Source: Chrysomallon squamiferum
Taxonomy: Eukaryota > Animalia > Mollusca
Assembly (NCBI GenBank): GCA_012295275.1
Contig: CM022674.1
Location: 13,268,001 to 13,332,000 of the forward strand
Length of the DNA stretch: 64,000 bases
Direction: 5' to 3'
The notes under the pieces are model-generated. The model did no database searches. It saw only the letters and a list, made by a program, of their open reading frames with translations, and was not told the DNA's origin. A program made the translations under genes and the position numbers. Below, piece by piece: positions 63,368 through 64,000 of the stretch; position 1 is the stretch's first letter, and each line of letters begins with the position of its first letter.

Positions 63368-63773
63368 ATAATAATAATAATAATAATAATACTAAACAAA
63401 ATAATAATAAATAATAAAAATCGATAAATAAAAATTAGTTTTTAATTTTTATTTTATTATTATTTTTTGTGTTTCCAACGACAGAAACTGAAACGTTCTT
63501 TATTTACAAAGTCAAAAACTAAGTTATATACATTAATGAGTGAAGTCAATTTACATACAACGTCCTAAGATAAATTTTACAACAATTAAATGAAAAAATA
63601 TCTAGAATAATAATAATAAAAATAATGAACATCAAAAATAATAATAATCATAATAATATTACTACTGCTATTATTACTATTATTACTATTAATAATAATA
63701 ACAGCAGCAACAACAATGATAACAATAATAACAAAATTAATTTTAATATTAACAGTAGTAATAACAATAATAA

Positions 63774-63804
<31 letters not shown>

Positions 63805-64000
63805 ATAGACAAACAAACAAAGGAACTAAAAGACAGTCATATTTTTCATCTTCAAACCATCATCCATTTGTTTCGTAGCATTTTAAGAATATAAAAAAGT
63901 TCGTTTTGTCAGTCGGCGGAAGTGCCAGTTTGTGTTTTCTTGAATTCCTCCTTCTGCACCAGCAAGAATCTGACAGTTAGCTGAACTGTTTTCGTCAGCG

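Overview
Animal genomic DNA: very AT-rich, saturated with microsatellites, with GT-AG introns. Decayed SINE-like relics suggest a lophotrochozoan, probably a mollusc (inference). Nearly all ORFs in the supplied track are translations of simple repeats. Two + strand genes were reconstructed by hand with consistent splice phases. (1) A voltage-gated K+ channel beta subunit (Kv-beta/KCNAB/Hyperkinetic, aldo-keto reductase fold) at 11937-47783. It has 13 shared coding exons and TWO homologous alternative terminal exons (39419-39529 and 47691-47783), a uORF-rich candidate first exon, and tandem partial copies of exon 10 that include its donor site. (2) A 9-coding-exon, ~630-aa NIT-domain receptor guanylyl-cyclase-like gene at 55720-61831 (TM-NIT-TM-signalling helix-cyclase). 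Its nitrate/nitrite-sensor motifs look intact, but its cyclase active site is degenerate (D->E, C->G, R->K, KGKG->FDDD), so it is a candidate sensor pseudo-cyclase. An initiator-like site with an overlapping RFX X-box and PAR-bZIP D-box precedes it. There are no prokaryotic features, CRISPR arrays or recognisable RNA genes.
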